Assembly: GCA_039621445.1 (NCBI GenBank)
Contig: CP154954.1
Location: 8,062,634-8,126,633 of the forward strand
Length of the DNA stretch: 64,000 bases
Source: Euglena gracilis
Taxonomy: Eukaryota
Direction: 5' to 3'
A program made the translations under genes and the position numbers. Of the stretch, positions 14,801-52,135 are shown one piece after another. The notes beneath the pieces are model-generated. The model was not told where the DNA came from. It ran no database searches and saw only the letters and a program-made list of their open reading frames with translations. Position 1 is the first letter of the stretch. Each line of letters opens with the position of its first letter.

Positions 14801-17800
14801 CCCCCTCCACCGCCACCCACCGGAAATCCAAACGTGCGATTCCGCCTCCTCCCTCCCGCTATGGGGGCGGGGAGGCCCCCGTCCTCCTCCTCCTCCTCGG
14901 CCTCTCTCTCCACACAGGCAGCCCTGGGCGGGGGGCGTAGTACTGCTCGTCACGCTGGAACTGGGCCCCCCCGCGGCCCCGGAGCCCGTCGAGGGTGGGC
15001 CCCTGCCAAGCCGGCGTTCCGCGGCGTTGGCCCACTGTTTCGTGGTGGAGGTTGACCCTCCGGGGCAGAGGGAAAACACACCCGGCAATGAGGGGGAGGA
15101 TGACGTTTGGACGGGGCTGGCGCGGCGCAGTAACCCGCAGCTGGTTTCTCAAAACTCTTGCAGCGGCTCCGCAGCACTCCAGCAGCTGTCCCTTGACAGC
15201 ATTGTTTCCATTAAAAGTGGTCCGCACCCACCCACCCACCCACCACCCCTGGGGGTACCCGGGGGAGGGCTTGGGGGGACCACTTTTGGGGGTCAAATTT
15301 GGGGTCAAAAAAAAAATTGCGCTTCGAAACCCCCCCCTCCAGCGGGCTACCACTCGGCCAGAACAGGGGAGAAACTGCACATGGGCCAGTCAAAAACTGC
15401 ACTGCAAAAACTGCAAAAAACTGCACTTCAACAAAAAAAATTGACAATAAAAAAGCTGAAATGGTGTGCATATGCAAAACAACGGAAAACTGCGACCACA
15501 TGAGCACGCCCCAATTCACCTAACTTTTTTGCACAGCTTTGGAGCTGATGAAGACAAAGGGGATGCCCACCCCGCAGTGCCGGCACTGCGTGGCACTGCG
15601 TGGCACTGCGTGCACTGCGTGGCACTGCGGGCCGTTAAACCCTTGTTTTTGCATCATTGGCATTTCTGGGCCATCAAGGGCAATTCTGGTTGTTTTGTGC
15701 AACTTTTTGCCTTTTTGGGCCAATTTGACTGCTTCTGGCTAGAAATGTCGAAAAATGACCAAAAAGATGCCTGAAAAGCGTTACATCATTGAAGGTTATT
15801 GTATGCGGGTTGAACGGCCCGCAGTGCCACGCAGTGCCACGCGGTGCCACGCAGTGCCACGCAGTGCGGGGTGGGCATCCCCAAAAAATGGAAGCAGTCC
15901 ATCAAGGTACACTGTACACGGTATTTCATACACTGAAATGCAAGTCATGTGTTTGGATGCCGGGTCACACCGACCATGCCCACAAGGATGCCAAATGGTT
16001 TCCTTTCTAAATATGGAAAAACTGCACATAAACCCATACGCAGAAATATTCGATGCTTTCAATTCTTGCAGGGGATGTTCAATTTGGAACTTTCGGTCCA
16101 TTGAGTGGTGTGACATGGGATGAGCATTGGAATGGCATGGCAATGCAAAGAAAACATCATCGCAACATGCTTTCGTTCGACCGGGTTGTTTTAATCAGAG
16201 GAGAGGTCAGATGATGAAGAGGAGGAGGAGGAGGAGGAGGGGGACGGGAAAGTGGAGGTTACTGTTGAACGAAATGTACTCGCAAGCAACCTTCATCTGG
16301 CACATCGACGTTGAGTCTGCCTTTTCCTTTAGACATACCCTTCGCACGTCGCTTTGTGCCTTTGTTGGCTCGCTTGAGCCTGAAGCATGCACGCCGAGCA
16401 CTGAACTGTTGTGCTGCTCAACAACGTCAGAACTCAAACGTAACCGACGATCTGCCAAAATCATCCTCAGCCGACTGAATGCAGACTCAACAACTGCATC
16501 AGACGGGGTCAGAGCAAGGCACATGCGCAAAAAAATACACATCAGGTATTGGGGTGGAACGAAGACGTCGGTTACCTGTTGTAATTTGCGCACTCCTTTG
16601 ACGACTGCCCTCACAACCTTCAACATTGTTCAAACCTCCCACAATGCAAAGGTTGGAGAGGGAGCAATTTTGGTTGGGGAGTAATTGTGGCCTTGTCGCC
16701 AAAACAGCAAGCACCAAAAAATAAACATGTTAGGTTTCCTCAAAACTGGATCAACAAAAAACTGCAAAACAACCTGCAAAAAACCCAAAACGTGAAAACT
16801 GCAAAAAAAACAAACTGCAAAAAAACTTCACGTTGCAGATTTTCCACCTCCCTGACTCCAACCCCCTGGTGGGGGGGGGGGGGGCGGACCCACCCACGCC
16901 CCCATCCCCCCCCCCTGCCTTGACGTCTCAATCGTGTCCATGTGCCGGCATAATCTGCGCACTGGTCTGCAAAGGAAACGAAGCAAAAGTTTTAAATAAA
17001 TTTACAAAATCGTTGCTGCTCGCGGTGCTGGCAGCCACCCAATCGGGACGGGGGTTGGCCTTCTCCTCAACATCACTATCAAGAACACAGGCCCCCCTCC
17101 AGCGACCATGTTGGAGGTAGGTAGTCAGGCCGACCCCCGCAGGCATTATGACCTTTTAAGCCACCTTAAAAAACCTTAAAATGCCCCAAAATGCCTTCAA
17201 ATACCTTAAAAAAAAATCGGACCAGCAGAATTTTCTCTGAAAGAGCAAAAAACAAACCCGGCAAAGTTCCAGCCAACAAAAAACAGCCCAACTCGGGGAA
17301 GAAAAATGATTTTCGGTATCAATAGAACATTATCTATCCAAACTGAACTCAAAATTCCCAGCCGTCCCAGCCGTCCAGGGGGCACCGACCTGTTAAAACC
17401 CTTCTGCGTCAGTGACACCGTGGGACCAGGGCGTTTTTTAAACGACCCCCCCCCCCCCTTAGTTGCACTAAGGCTTCTTGTCTGCCCGGGGTCAGCTCAG
17501 AGGCTGGAAATTTTGGGCTGGCTGGAAAAAGGCTGCTGGCTGACCCCCCCCCCCGGGCTGGAGCTGGACCCAACCTGGGGCCAAACTGGGTCCCAAAAGA
17601 TCGAGAGTGCAAAACCGTTCAAAAAAAACTGCCAAATATGCAAAAAAAACAACAAATGTTTCAACGTTTTTTTCAATTTTTTGACCCCAAATATTTCCTG
17701 GCCAGGCCAAATCTGACCCATTTTTGTCCATTTTCGCCCCATTTTTGGACCATTTTTTGAACCCCCAAAAGCGAAAAACCCGTTGCTGTCCAGCTGCCCA

Positions 17801-18878
17801 AAGGGTGGCTGGAAAGATAAATAAATCTCATTGGGGGGGGGGACCCGAGCTGGAAAAAGACTGCTATGACAGACCCCGCCCCGGGGGGTGGGGTCAAATT
17901 TTCTTAAGCTGCACCCGCCGTGGGACGTGCGGCCGAAAGGGGGGGCCTGGGCCGCGTCGGGGGCCTTCTCCTCCTCGCTCGAGACGCTGCTGGTGCTGCT
18001 GGGCATCTCCCACCGCTCCGGCATCGCCCTCCCTGACGACTCCGCCGCCCGGTCCGGCCCCGACGGCCGCATGTGGTTGGGGGGAGGCCGCCGCCGGGGA
18101 CCCCCCGGGCGGTACGGGAAGGCCGGGTGGGGGTGGGACGGTCGACCCCTCGATGGCGCCGGGCATGGAATACGCATTTGTGACCTAGAAACCCCGGGTC
18201 ACAGGAAGGGGTGGTGGGGGACTGGTCCTGCCCACCCATCCACCCACCCACCAGGATGGGGGGGGGGGTCGACCCACCCGCCACGCATTGGGTTTTCCCA
18301 GCAGGGACCCATAGCCCCAAAGTGGCGGCTGAAACGGACTGGGGTGGGAAGAAGTCACAGCGTCTTGCCTTCTCTGCGGGGCGAGGCGCCATGAAGAACT
18401 GAGCTTAAATAACCTGCAAGCATCACAGGTGGAGACCTGTGATTTCATAATTGTGCGTGAATGAGTATAAGTAACGTATGAAATCATTATGAATTTTTTT
18501 TAATTTATATTTTGAAAAAAAAAATGAAAATGATAAATTGAGTGAGTAATAATGAAATATGTAATAATAATATAATAGTAAAAACAATATATACAATAAT
18601 AATAACAAGAACAAGAACAACACCAACAATAATAGTTGCAATTGTAATTGTTATTGTAATTGAAATTGTGATCGTGATCGCGATCGCGATCGTGATCGTG
18701 ATCATGATCGTAATCATAATCATAATCATTATCATAATTGTAATCAGAATCAGAATCAGAATCAGAATCAGAATCAGAATCAGAATCAGAATCAGAATCA
18801 GAATCAGAATCAGAATCAGAATCAGAATCAGAATCAGAATCAGAATCAGAATCATAACAACAGCAACAACAACAACAA

Positions 18879-18909
<31 letters not shown>

Positions 18910-20885
18910 AAGAAGAAGAAGAAGAAGAAGAAGAAGAAGAAGAAGAAGAAGAAGAAGAAGAAGAAGAAGAAGAAGAAGAAGAAGAAGAAAAAGAAGAAAA
19001 AGAAGAAGTATAAACAGCTTGCAAACTTGCAGAGGAAGTGACTTTAGGGCTTGGAATGTTAATTGGAAATACAAAGCAAACACCAGCGGCCAGTCTATCC
19101 GGGCGCCGGCCTCACCGCGGCACTGGAACGTGAGGTGGCCTGTGGCGCCGCAGCGCTTGCACGTCCCCTTCGTAGCCGCCACCTGCCCCGCCCAGGGGTT
19201 TTCTTACGGACCTGGGGGGGGGGGGGTCCCATGGGCCAGCTGGAAGAAGGAGTTGGCTGGACCCCCCCTGGGGGTGGGGGTCCAGTGGGGGGGGTCCAGC
19301 CAGCTGGAAGCTGGACCCGGCAGGTATCCCAAAAAAAAAAGCCAAAAAAGCCGAAAGCCAGCTGGGTTTGAATTTTTCAGCCAAAATTTGGAGGAAAAAC
19401 CCCAAACCCACCCAAAAACGCCATTTCCCACCATTTATCATTTTTCAAGCATTTTTCTGGCTTCTTCGCCGGCTGGCCTGAACTTTCTGTCAGCGGACCC
19501 CCGGGGGGGGGGGGGACCGCAGCCCAGCTGGGAGGTGCTGGTTGGAAAAAAGGTGCTGGCTCCCGGGGGGGTAGGGTCCCCTCCAGCTTTAGAAAACCCC
19601 TGGCCCCGCCGCCGCGGCGTGTGTCTTCGCCAGGCTGAGCAGCCCCTTGTGGTGCCAGGGCGGAGGGGCCCCAGGCTGGGGAGGGGGGACAACAATGACA
19701 GGAAAAAATGACGGGGAAAATGACGGGAAAAATTGACAGAAAAAAAGGACTGGAAAAAACCATATGAAAAAAAAAATGGCAAGAAAAAAGACGGGAGAAA
19801 CTGATGGAAAAAAACTGACGGAAAAAAACTGATGGGAAAAAATGACAGGAAGAAAAGATGCGAAGAAATGACGAGAAATACTGGATGGATCTTTGTTTCC
19901 CGTCATCTTTGTTTCCCGTCATCTTTGCCCAGACACACTTCAAAAACGTTTCCACACACAACGTCACCCACCAACGAGTCATCCAATGAATCATCTAGTG
20001 GATCAGTGGCACAAAGCAAATGATGTTAAATTGGCAGTAATCAAACATAAATCATCAGGTTGGTTCAGGTTTGATAAAAGGGCAGGTGGGGGACACCCCC
20101 CCCCCACCTAAACAGTGGCACGGTCTGGGAGTCGCTGATTTTGGCCCAGCACCAAGCGCCAGACCGAAAATTTTTGCCCACCAAAAACGGCCATTTTGGG
20201 CAATTTTTGGGCAAAAATTTGTCAAAAAATGCAAAAAAAAAAAGGCGCAAAGCGCCAGAAGGAAAAGTTGACCTTTGGGGGGGGGTCCCGGTTACCCCCC
20301 CCCCCCGGTCGGTCCAGACCCCTCTTGGCAGGTGGGCCCCTCCGGTCCAGGAGGGCCCGTGTAAACCCCGAACACCCTCCTTATATCAAACCCTGGTCGG
20401 GTTGCAGGTTGTTTAAAAATCGGACTTCAAAATGCGTTGCACCGTCCCCTTTTTCTGAACATCCATCCCCAACTGTCCTCAAATTCTATGACAACCCATT
20501 TCAATTATCCTCCCCCCACCTCCCCACCTGGGGTAACTGTCCTCAATGAGAGACTGCCCTGGAACAATTGTACTTAACAACATGACCTGCGTGTCCCTTC
20601 CGAAGGGTGGTTAAAAGGGTGACAAAAATTTAGGTTTATGCGGGATTCCATCCTGTCGAAATGAAAGTGGGAAAGGTAGGCTGGGTTGCGTGCCAAAAAA
20701 GGGACACTCGCACATTCCGACCGGCCCCGCCCTGCGCACGTGTCGTAGGCACTGCTGCCCGCGGCCTGGCCCTCCGCGGCGGGCTTCGCGGTGGCGCCCA
20801 TCGTCTGCCACACCGCGTCGCCCCCGCTGGCGGAGGACATGTCGAGGTAGTTGTTGCGCCAGAAGTCCGGGGCGTACTTCGGCAT
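11836..20885 (-). CDS. CXIP4: CAX-interacting protein 4 / SREK1IP1-like CCHC zinc-knuckle protein with Ser/Lys/Arg-rich tail, multi-exon
   Basis: Exons 20738-20885, 19606-19650 and 19116-19187 splice to ...AYDTYKGLLSLAKTHAAAAGQVAATKGTCKRCGATGHLTFQCRG, matching the CXIP4 motif (FQGLLALAR...RGxCKKCGxxGHLTFQCR). Further exons lie near 18370-18413, 17920-18150, 14860-15030, 14308-14420, 13254-13302 and 12855-12935. The last exon encodes ESSSSSSSGDRKRRAKKKRRKEQKAKKSKEKKKRKKR with TGA at 11836. Confidence 0.8.
15559..15882. mobile_element. MITE with ~75-bp TIRs (GGGGATGCCCACCCCGCA + GGCACTGCGT repeats), nested in the hAT relic
   Basis: 15559-15641 is the near reverse complement of 15809-15882; AAA lies on both flanks. 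Confidence 0.75.
16410..16626 (-). pseudogene. hAT transposase C-terminal dimerisation-domain remnant
   Basis: Translation ..IFLRMCLALTPSDAVVESAFSRLRMILADRRLRLSSDVVEQ matches the hAT dimerisation consensus (L..P.s.a..Er.FS....i....R.rL). The catalytic N-terminal part is absent. Confidence 0.8.
18545..19008. repeat. Compound microsatellite: (ATCGTG/ATCATA)n, (ATCAGA)n, (AAC)n, (AGA)n
   Basis: Direct inspection; lies within a CXIP4 intron. Confidence 0.95.
19193..19602. mobile_element. hAT-type MITE forming CXIP4 intron 2
   Basis: Perfect 12-bp TIR CAGGGGTTTTCT...AGAAAACCCCTG with perfect 8-bp TSD GCCCCGCC at 19185-19192 and 19603-19610. Confidence 0.9.
20066..20395. mobile_element. Older copy of the 24039-24508 MITE family
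   Basis: Ends CAGGTTTGATAAAAGG / CCTTATATCAAACCCTG and a shared internal GGACACCCCCCCCACCTAAACAGTGGC; TSD degenerate. Confidence 0.7.
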
Positions 20886-20911
20886 GGCGCCCGGGGGAGG
20901 GGGAGGGGTGC

Positions 20912-20975
20912 CTGCGTGTGTGTGTGTGTGGAGGGGTGGGCGGGTGGCAGGCGGGGGTGGGGGGAGTGAGTACTG
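20912..20975 (-). promoter_or_regulatory. Putative spliced-leader trans-splice acceptor of the CXIP4-like gene
   Basis: C-rich tract ending CGCAG 26 nt upstream of the ATG. Similar sites lie at 9771 (GCN1-like) and 59690 (YR gene). Confidence 0.5.
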
Positions 20976-22970
20976 CGCCTGTTGGGACTGGAGGACACTT
21001 TTCAACTCTTTTTTTTTTCAGGAACAAAATCTTGAATTGCCGTGTTTTTTAAATTAGAATAGGGAACAGGACAGAGTCAGAGGTAATACAACGGTTTTTC
21101 ACAGACTCAATTGCCGCAGCCCATATGGGGCCCAGGAAATGGGTCTTTTGTCACATTTAACTTTTAATGATTCATCGTGTGCAAGTATTCACATAATTGC
21201 AGCAAATCCATCAGCTGAATGCGCAAAGGAATCACTGGCGCAATCGTGGAAAACCTCCACTTTGTTCCCGCTGTTGTGCAAGTAGTCCTGTGCCAGGCTC
21301 CTTTTAAAGGAAGTTCACCCCCGGGGGGTGGATGCTGTGGGCAGGTAGGGGGGGCAGGACACTTTCGACCCCCCGGAGGGGTCAGGTTTTTGGGGTGTTT
21401 CTGTTATTGACCCCCCGGCGCGGGGGCCTGAAAATGGTCATTTTCAAGGGAAAATTGGAAAGTTGGTAAGCACCGGGACCCAAAGCCGATCTCCTGGGGT
21501 GGGGGGTTCCTGCTGTGGGCAGGCACCCCATGGCACAAGGCGTCCCCCCCTCTCCCCCAGGTTGGAAAAAAGAAGCCTGCCGTATGCGCATTTGAGCGAA
21601 TAGTCCCTTTGCGCGATTGTGCAACCAACATTTTAAGTCGAAGTCAATGGTATCGTCCAGCGCTCGGTCTCACCTGCCCCAAATCGCTCCGGCAACTCTC
21701 CCGAAACTAGGTTGCTCGTTATGGATTTGCGTCTTGTAAACCCCGCAGGTGCATATGCAAGTGTCTTGTCCATTGCCTCGGGTATCTGGTGCAACAACTG
21801 AGACACTTTTTTGACCAACTCAGATGTACTGTACAAACACTTCCACTTATGAACGCCACTCACAGAACGCCGCTCCCCACTAGGGTGTTTTTTATCGACC
21901 CCCCCCTTCCAGGGGGTCCAGCTCAGAGGCTGGAAAATTTGGGCTGGCTGGAAACAGGTTGCTGGCTGACCCCCCTCCACCCCCCCCCAGGGGTCCGGGG
22001 TCCGGGGTCGAACCAGGTACCAAAAAGAATCGAAACTGCAAAAATGTCCAAAAAAACTGACAATTACTTCTCAGCCCTTTTCCAACCCATTTTCGCCCAT
22101 TTTTGACCAATTTTGGTCAAAAATGTCGAAATTCCAGAGGAACATTGAATCTTCTCGATAAAACCCCATCAGGGTCGAACACCAAGCCGCACTCTGTAAC
22201 AATGAGGGAGTTGTGAGTGGGGCAGGATTTGACACACTGAAATCCAGACTTTCCTGGATTCTGTAGTCTTCCTTATTCTGCAGTTAGCTGTGCAGATTAT
22301 TCAAAGGCCATTGTTTTCTTTCTTTCACGGTTTGGGAGACACAGTGGAGTGCAACTGAGGACATTTCATCCGTCGGGGGAATTTTTTCCACGCAAAACAT
22401 ATTACTGGCAATGCAGACTCCCCAGCAACGGTTGAAGGATATGACACCCATGTTCAACTCCGCACTTCAGGCAGCAATGAATTATGAGAGCCCTAAATTC
22501 CCGCAAACCAAGAACACAATTGAGCACGTGAACCCTTGCTGGTGCCCACTGGAGCCAGTGTGATTGGGTCGCAGAGGATTTGTGCCAACGGCGCACCCGT
22601 CGCAGGGCAGGAGGCTGTGTTGGCCGGAACACAGGATTGGCAAACAGGAGGCAATTACTGCCATTCGCCCCCCCCCCCCCGACACCATGGACATGGTAGA
22701 GATATCTAGATAGACAGAGCATGGACATGGCCATGCTCAGGCCGTGGCTTGGCGTGTACCGGCCCAAATGCCTGCCCAACACCCTCCCCGTGTCTCGCCA
22801 CGGCTACACTGTACACCGCACTGATGCTCGCGCAGTCCCCTGCCCTGCCACGCTCCATCCGCCAATGGACTGTGGGGGGAGGGCAGCCCACAGCTCTTGG
22901 ATGGCACGCGGAGCTGCAGTGGCAAGCGGAAGCCGGCGGACCGCACTGGTCAGTGAGAGGGCAGGGGAGG

Positions 22971-48464
<25,494 letters not shown>

Positions 48465-49395
48465 GAACTCAGGCCTTGCACCCCCCCCCAAATGGCAAGG
48501 GGCTTTTGGATCTGGCAGATGTCAATCAAGGTCCAAAAAATGACCACAACCGGAAAAAAATTGTTGGAGTTGTTCCACATCTCCAAATTCACATGTTGCA
48601 TTTCTTTTCTTTTGGGGGGGGGGGGCAATAATTTAACAACCATTTTGGAGGTCGATTAGGACTTCTACCTCCCCGCACTCTTGAGCTAATTGAAAGAGGT
48701 CTTCTGGGGGGCTGAACAACGCCATTTGGGGTCATTTCAGGGCCATTTTGAACAATTATGGACGATTATTGGACATTTTCAACCATTTTCAAAGTGATCC
48801 AAGGTCCACAAAAATGCAAGCAAGTTCTCCAAAATAATTGGGAAAGACCATCGTTTCGTTCCGCACTTAAAGCTTGCGACGAACGAACTCGTGGCGGAGG
48901 TCGGCATTAGTTTTTGAACCCCCACCGAGTCCTGAGGTCCAGGACAGCCCAATTCGGTCTGTCCCCACACCCCCTGACGGGACTCCGTTGCGCATTTGCA
49001 CAACCGCGCTGTTTGAAACTCATCTCACGACGCAGGGAGAGAACGGCTGTCGCAGAGTATGAACACCAGAGGGGATAGAGCACAGTGGGGGACGGGTGGA
49101 TGGAAGCCTTCTCTCGGTCATGTTGTCTCAAAATTGGGCAAACATTGCGCATCTGCGAAACAGCCACGCTGACATGGAATTGAAATGAGATGAGATGAGA
49201 GATGAGATGAGATGAGATGAGATGAGATGAGATGCTTCCAGACCACTCTCTCTCCGCCCAAAGCGATATAAATAAGAAATTTAAAATGGGTGGCCACTGC
49301 GCATCTACGCAATGGGCACCCTCATGTAGGTTGTGTCCGGCAGTGGGCTCATCAACACCCACAACCCCGGCACCCAGGTGGTTCCCTACTGTGAA

Positions 49396-52135
49396 CTACT
49401 GCAACCCTCCTCCCGCTTCAACCTCCAAGGGATCAAACTCTCTGGCACGCCGTTCTTGAAGCTCCTCAGCAACATGTGCGTTGATTCCACCCTGTAGACG
49501 ACTCAGCAGATAACCCTTTACGGACATTTTGCAGAGCCTGAAACAAGCCAAATTTCACCTGGACTGTGCAGCGCTGTCTGGGGAACACAGTCGGGGCTTC
49601 GAAAGCGAGGGACTGGCAACGGGGGGGGGGGGGGGGTGGGGCTTTTTCGGGGGGGGGGGGAATTCACATCTCCCAGAGTCGAAACCCGGGGGTTTGAACT
49701 TTTCTTTAACGAAAACTGCGATTTCCCCAATTCTCCCGCAATTTTTCCGCAATTTTCCCGCAATTTTTCTGACATTGATTTTCCCCCTGGGGACAGTCCA
49801 GGGCCATGGAGTTGGGCCAGTGACCAGACAACAGACAGTTGTTCTGGATGAGACCCCCGAACAGAATTTGTTGACACCAGAAACGACTGGTCGTGAACAG
49901 TTTTTGCCATCCCGGGAAAAAAAGAGCAATCAACGTTTTTTAGGGGGTGTCTAATGATTTGGAAAGCCATCCACTTCGAAAATGCTTTCCTGAAGTCGAG
50001 GTTCCAGGGGCCAGCAACATCTTCAGAGCAGCGCGCGACTTGAATTCAGATTCAGATCGAACGAACAATCGACTAATTGACTGGTCGTACCGACCTCATC
50101 CAGGGAACCACTTTTGGAGGTGAACTTTGGGTTCAAAAAGATTTTCTTCGCTTTGTGTCAAAAAAAAGGCCTAAATGACCAAAAGGCTGCCTCCGGCGGG
50201 GAACCCAAAAATCCCTTTGGGGTAAAACCCTCCCCCCAAATAATACCCCCCAAATAATACCCCCCTTGGGGTCCGACTTCAGCGACCGGGTTAATCCCCC
50301 CCCCCCCCGGTTTCGGCCGAAGGCCCAGATTTTGATCTGAAAATACAGGTAAAAATCACAATCTCTGACAAAAAAAAATCGATTTTTCTGGATCATCTGA
50401 CCTCCAAAAAAAAAATGGTAAATTTCATAAGAAAGTGCAAAAAATGACCCCAAAGGGTTTTTTGGCTCCTTCGGTACTTCGAAAAATTTCGAAAAATTTT
50501 GGGTGCTATTACCCCTCTCCAAATAATACCCCCCCCCCTCAGGCCGGGACTTCGGGCGAAAAAATAATACCCGGGGGGTATTATTTGGGGGGTTTACCCC
50601 CCCCCCTTTATTTGACCCCCCCTTAATTGAGCATTTGGGTCCGGGGGAAAAAAATTTTTCATGCAAGGAATTTCATTGGCCGAGCCAAAAAAACCCCTCG
50701 TCGGCCGGGGCCGAGGGACAATATGGGGGGGGGGGGTGGTATTCCTAATTTTTGGTGCCAAACCCCTATTTTCATGTGCCCCCCCCCCGGGGTACCACCC
50801 CCTCCCTTATATTTGAGCACACCCACGGGCCAAAGGACCCCCAAATGCTCAAATAAGGGGGGGTCAAATACCCCCCCCCCTCATTGTCCCACCGACCTCC
50901 CCCCGGGAGGCCCGACCGGACAATATGGGGGGGGGGGACAATATGGGGGTACCAAAGGAATTTCATTGGCCGAGCCAAAAAAACCTCCCGTCGGCCGGGG
51001 CCGAGGGACAATATGGGGGGGGACAATAGGGGGGGGGGGGGGAAAGGGGGGTCAAAAATTCCGGGGGGAGGTCGGTGGGAAAATAAGGGGGGGGGGGGTA
51101 TTTGACCCCCCCCTTATTTGAGCATTTGGGGGTCCTTTGGCCCGTGGGTGTGCTCAAATATAAGGGAGGGGGTGGTACCCCGGGGGGGGGGGCACATGAA
51201 AATAGGGGTTTGGCACCAAAAATTAGGAATACCACCCCCCCCCCATCTTTTCCCCCCCCCAAATTGTCCCTTGGCCCGGCCGACGAGGTGTTTTTTTGGC
51301 TCTGTCAATGAAATTTCCTTTGGTACCCCCATATTGCCCCCCCCCATATTGTCCCGGGGGGCCTCCTGGGGAGAGGTCGGTGGGACAATATGGGGGGGGG
51401 GGTATCGAGCATTTCTGTCAAAAAAGTCCTTTCAAACAAATTACCTGCAATTTCAATGATATTTTCTTTAAAAAAAAGAACAGATGTTTTTTTTTAAAAA
51501 AAAATCAACAAGTTTTTGTTAGGAAAAAAAACTGGTCCAAACTCAAAATAACCTGGTCCTCACCCTCGCTTGTAGGGACACCTTACGCAAAACGCAGAGC
51601 CTCTTCCTCCAGACGAAAAACTCAGCGAACATTCTTCGGTTTTCCGTGTTTGAGTGCTGCGGTTTCCAAAATGTGTTGGCAATTGCACCACTGTCCAACA
51701 GAAAATCATACAGACAAAACAATGGTTTTGATGGTGCCCTCCTTTTTCACAAATGCAAATTGAGGGGCGAAATTCAAATTTATCTGGTGATAAGGTGTCC
51801 TGGGCATGTGGATACTTTGCACATTTCGCAAATTTTGCGCATTTTGCATCTGCGTTTCCAAGGAATGCATGCAAACAGTTTGAAATTAGGTCAAAAATGC
51901 CCTGGTTGAGTGATAAAAATATTTGGTACCCAGGGGTCTTCAAAAAAAAACATTGAACCGGGGGATCAAAACAATTCAAGATGGAATTGGGGGATGGTCA
52001 TGTTTTTGGTTGCGAGGAGAGAACAGGTGTGCTCACAAGGTCTGTTCATCTTCAACATCTCCCTCCTCATTCTCCTTCACCTCTCCATCGACAGTTGGCT
52101 CGCTGGGGCAAGAGACCCCCGCTGCCATCTACATT
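49396..52135 (-). other. Scattered coding-like fragments of an unidentified gene or transposon relic
   Basis: Open, protein-like stretches at ~49396-49536 (..GYLLSRLQGGINAHVAEELQERRAREFDPLEVEAGGGLQ*), ~49960-50045, ~51553-51692 (..ENRRMFAEFFVWRKRLCVLRKV..) and ~52035-52130 (acidic). No consistent splice path was established. Confidence 0.3.
50665..51404. mobile_element. Foldback cluster of TA-flanked (Tc1/mariner-type) MITEs
   Basis: 50665-50880 and 51090-51320 are inverted copies; the same MITE unit occurs at 50869-51040, 51230-51404 (reverse) and 61200-61381. Confidence 0.75.

Larger units (their letters stand above)
15359..16854. mobile_element. Internally deleted hAT element carrying the transposase remnant, within a CXIP4 intron
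   Basis: Diverged CAG-initiated inverted ends (CAGAACAGGGGAGAAACTGCA versus reverse complement CAGGGAGGTGGAAAATCTGCA) and AAAACTGCA subterminal repeats near both ends. No recognisable TSD. Confidence 0.5.

Noticed and set aside
18500-19711. 389-aa and 225-aa ORFs with poly-IR/R/L/S
   Set aside because: Compound microsatellite; only 19116-19187 and 19606-19650 are real exons.
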